A stretch of 64,000 nucleotides of DNA. Origin: an uncultured Phycisphaerales bacterium (GTDB taxonomy: Bacteria; Planctomycetota; Phycisphaerae; Tepidisphaerales; Tepidisphaeraceae). The DNA lies in contig CAVWVQ010000005.1 of assembly GCA_963758525.1 (NCBI GenBank), positions 256,001-320,000 on the forward strand. Reading direction: 5' to 3'. The notes beneath the pieces are model-generated. The model searched no databases and was not told the origin of the DNA. It saw only the letters and a list, made by a program, of their open reading frames with translations. Numbering within the stretch: position 1 is the stretch's first letter; every line of letters starts with the position of its first letter. The translations under genes and the position numbers were made by a program. This document shows positions 63,070 to 64,000 of the stretch, one piece after another.

Positions 63070-64000
63070 TTACTTGATCGCACTGACGACCACGCCCAGC
63101 GCGCTGGGCGACACTGATACGGCAACGCTTCTGGTCCTGCGCGCCACGACGTTCTTGACAGAACCATCAAACTGCCAGAACGCAGGATCGCTCGCGCGAC
63201 TTCCATTGCCGACATTGACGAGAACCGCGTGTTTGCAGCCTCTGACGGTTACGCCGTTGACGGCAAAGCCACGGCTGGCTCCGCTGGTCCAACTGTACGT
63301 GCTGCCGTTGGCGATAGTGGAATCAATTTCAATCCCGGCTCCAATCGCGTTGACGACATTCAAGTTCGAAATGCTGACATTCAGATCGCCGGTGATTCGA
63401 CAGCCGTTGGCGTGGGAATCGATGGAACGAACATGCGTGGCCGTCGAATTGGAATCCGACCATTCACCCAAAGCGGGCTCACTGAACGGTCCAGCACCGC
63501 TGGTAGCGCCAGCGTAAGTGACAAAGGCGAGCGTGTCGTCGCCGGTGTTCCTCCCGGTGATGTTGCTTGCTGTCACGCGCCTGCAGGCGTTGAAGTGCAG
63601 ACCATCCGCCAGCGTGTTGATCGCCGTGAAATTCTGCACGGTAACATCGCTGCATCCCATGAAGATTGTGCCCGCCTGAGGTGCGGCTTTGATGATTGCA
63701 TTTCGGACGACGGCATTTTCGATCGTTTGTGCATCACTGGGGTATCCGCGAAATTCAATGCCGAATCCAAACCCCCGTTGTGCTGGTACCTTCTTCCATT
63801 TGACGTGCGCGCCGATCACGGCATCGTTGCTTGAGTGGCCCTGGATCAGGATGCCGTCTCCGGTGCCAAGCCCGGCGGTGAGGTTGTCCATAAGCAACGT
63901 GGAGCCGCCCAGAAACCTGATTGTGAGGTTGCTGATGCCATCGAAGCGCACCGCGGTGCCGGGCGTCGCATCACGATAGATGCCCGTGGGGAACAGAAGC
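63070..64000 (-). CDS. Beta-helix glycoside hydrolase-like protein, paralogue 1 (5' end beyond window)
   Basis: Open to the window end (LLFPTGIYRDATPGTAVRFDG...); same NTLADGLHFNACR/NTGDDTLAFVTY core. Confidence 0.8.
   Translation of the reverse strand, partial: LLFPTGIYRDATPGTAVRFDGISNLTIRFLGGSTLLMDNLTAGLGTGDGILIQGHSSNDAVIGAHVKWKKVPAQRGFGFGIEFRGYPSDAQTIENAVVRNAIIKAAPQAGTIFMGCSDVTVQNFTAINTLADGLHFNACRRVTASNITGRNTGDDTLAFVTYAGATSGAGPFSEPALGEWSDSNSTATHVRSIDSHANGCRITGDLNVSISNLNVVNAIGAGIEIDSTIANGSTYSWTSGASRGFAVNGVTVRGCKHAVLVNVGNGSRASDPAFWQFDGSVKNVVARRTRSVAVSVSPSALGVVVSAIK

Noticed and set aside
1..64000. CRISPR array, tRNA or rRNA genes
   Set aside because: No regularly spaced repeat-spacer pattern, cloverleaf or rRNA-like sequence seen by eye.

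Overview
GC-rich bacterial DNA, most likely from a planctomycete (Phycisphaerae/Tepidisphaerales-like; inferred from LEPR-XLL-type 'LEKRVLMS/ESRVLFS' motifs, a prenyltransferase-DUF4159 gene and XylR/sulfatase content). At least 12 otherwise intact genes are split by single-base indels, which looks like long-read assembly error. Main blocks: (1) 1-18.9 kb, carbohydrate utilisation (XylR-type regulator, SGNH+alpha/beta esterase, FAD oxidoreductase, MFS, GH2, sulfatase, sialate O-acetylesterase, GH29), with a DNA-methyltransferase/sulfatase deletion scar and an IS630 element with TIRs; (2) 18.9-21.7 kb, a CarH/LitR-like regulator lacking the cobalt-ligating His, divergent from folE, a fasciclin gene and two tiny membrane genes; (3) a P3A H+-ATPase and a STAS/SEC14 gene; (4) 25.8-35.8 kb, an aerobic purine/urate/allantoin catabolic operon with no recognisable ureidoglycolate-consuming enzyme but with a catalytically remodelled IlvC/KARI paralogue between allE and allC, the best candidate for new biochemistry; (5) 36.3-38.1 kb, a long hairpin-dense region with a secreted 14-Cys/Pro/Gly micro-protein gene, ahead of (6) a Wzx/Wzy-type polysaccharide cluster (38.1-51.8 kb); (7) a ~2100-aa LEPR-XLL surface protein converging on at least four tandem paralogous beta-helix (GH87/GH28-like) genes. 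All calls are by manual motif recognition; no searches were run.
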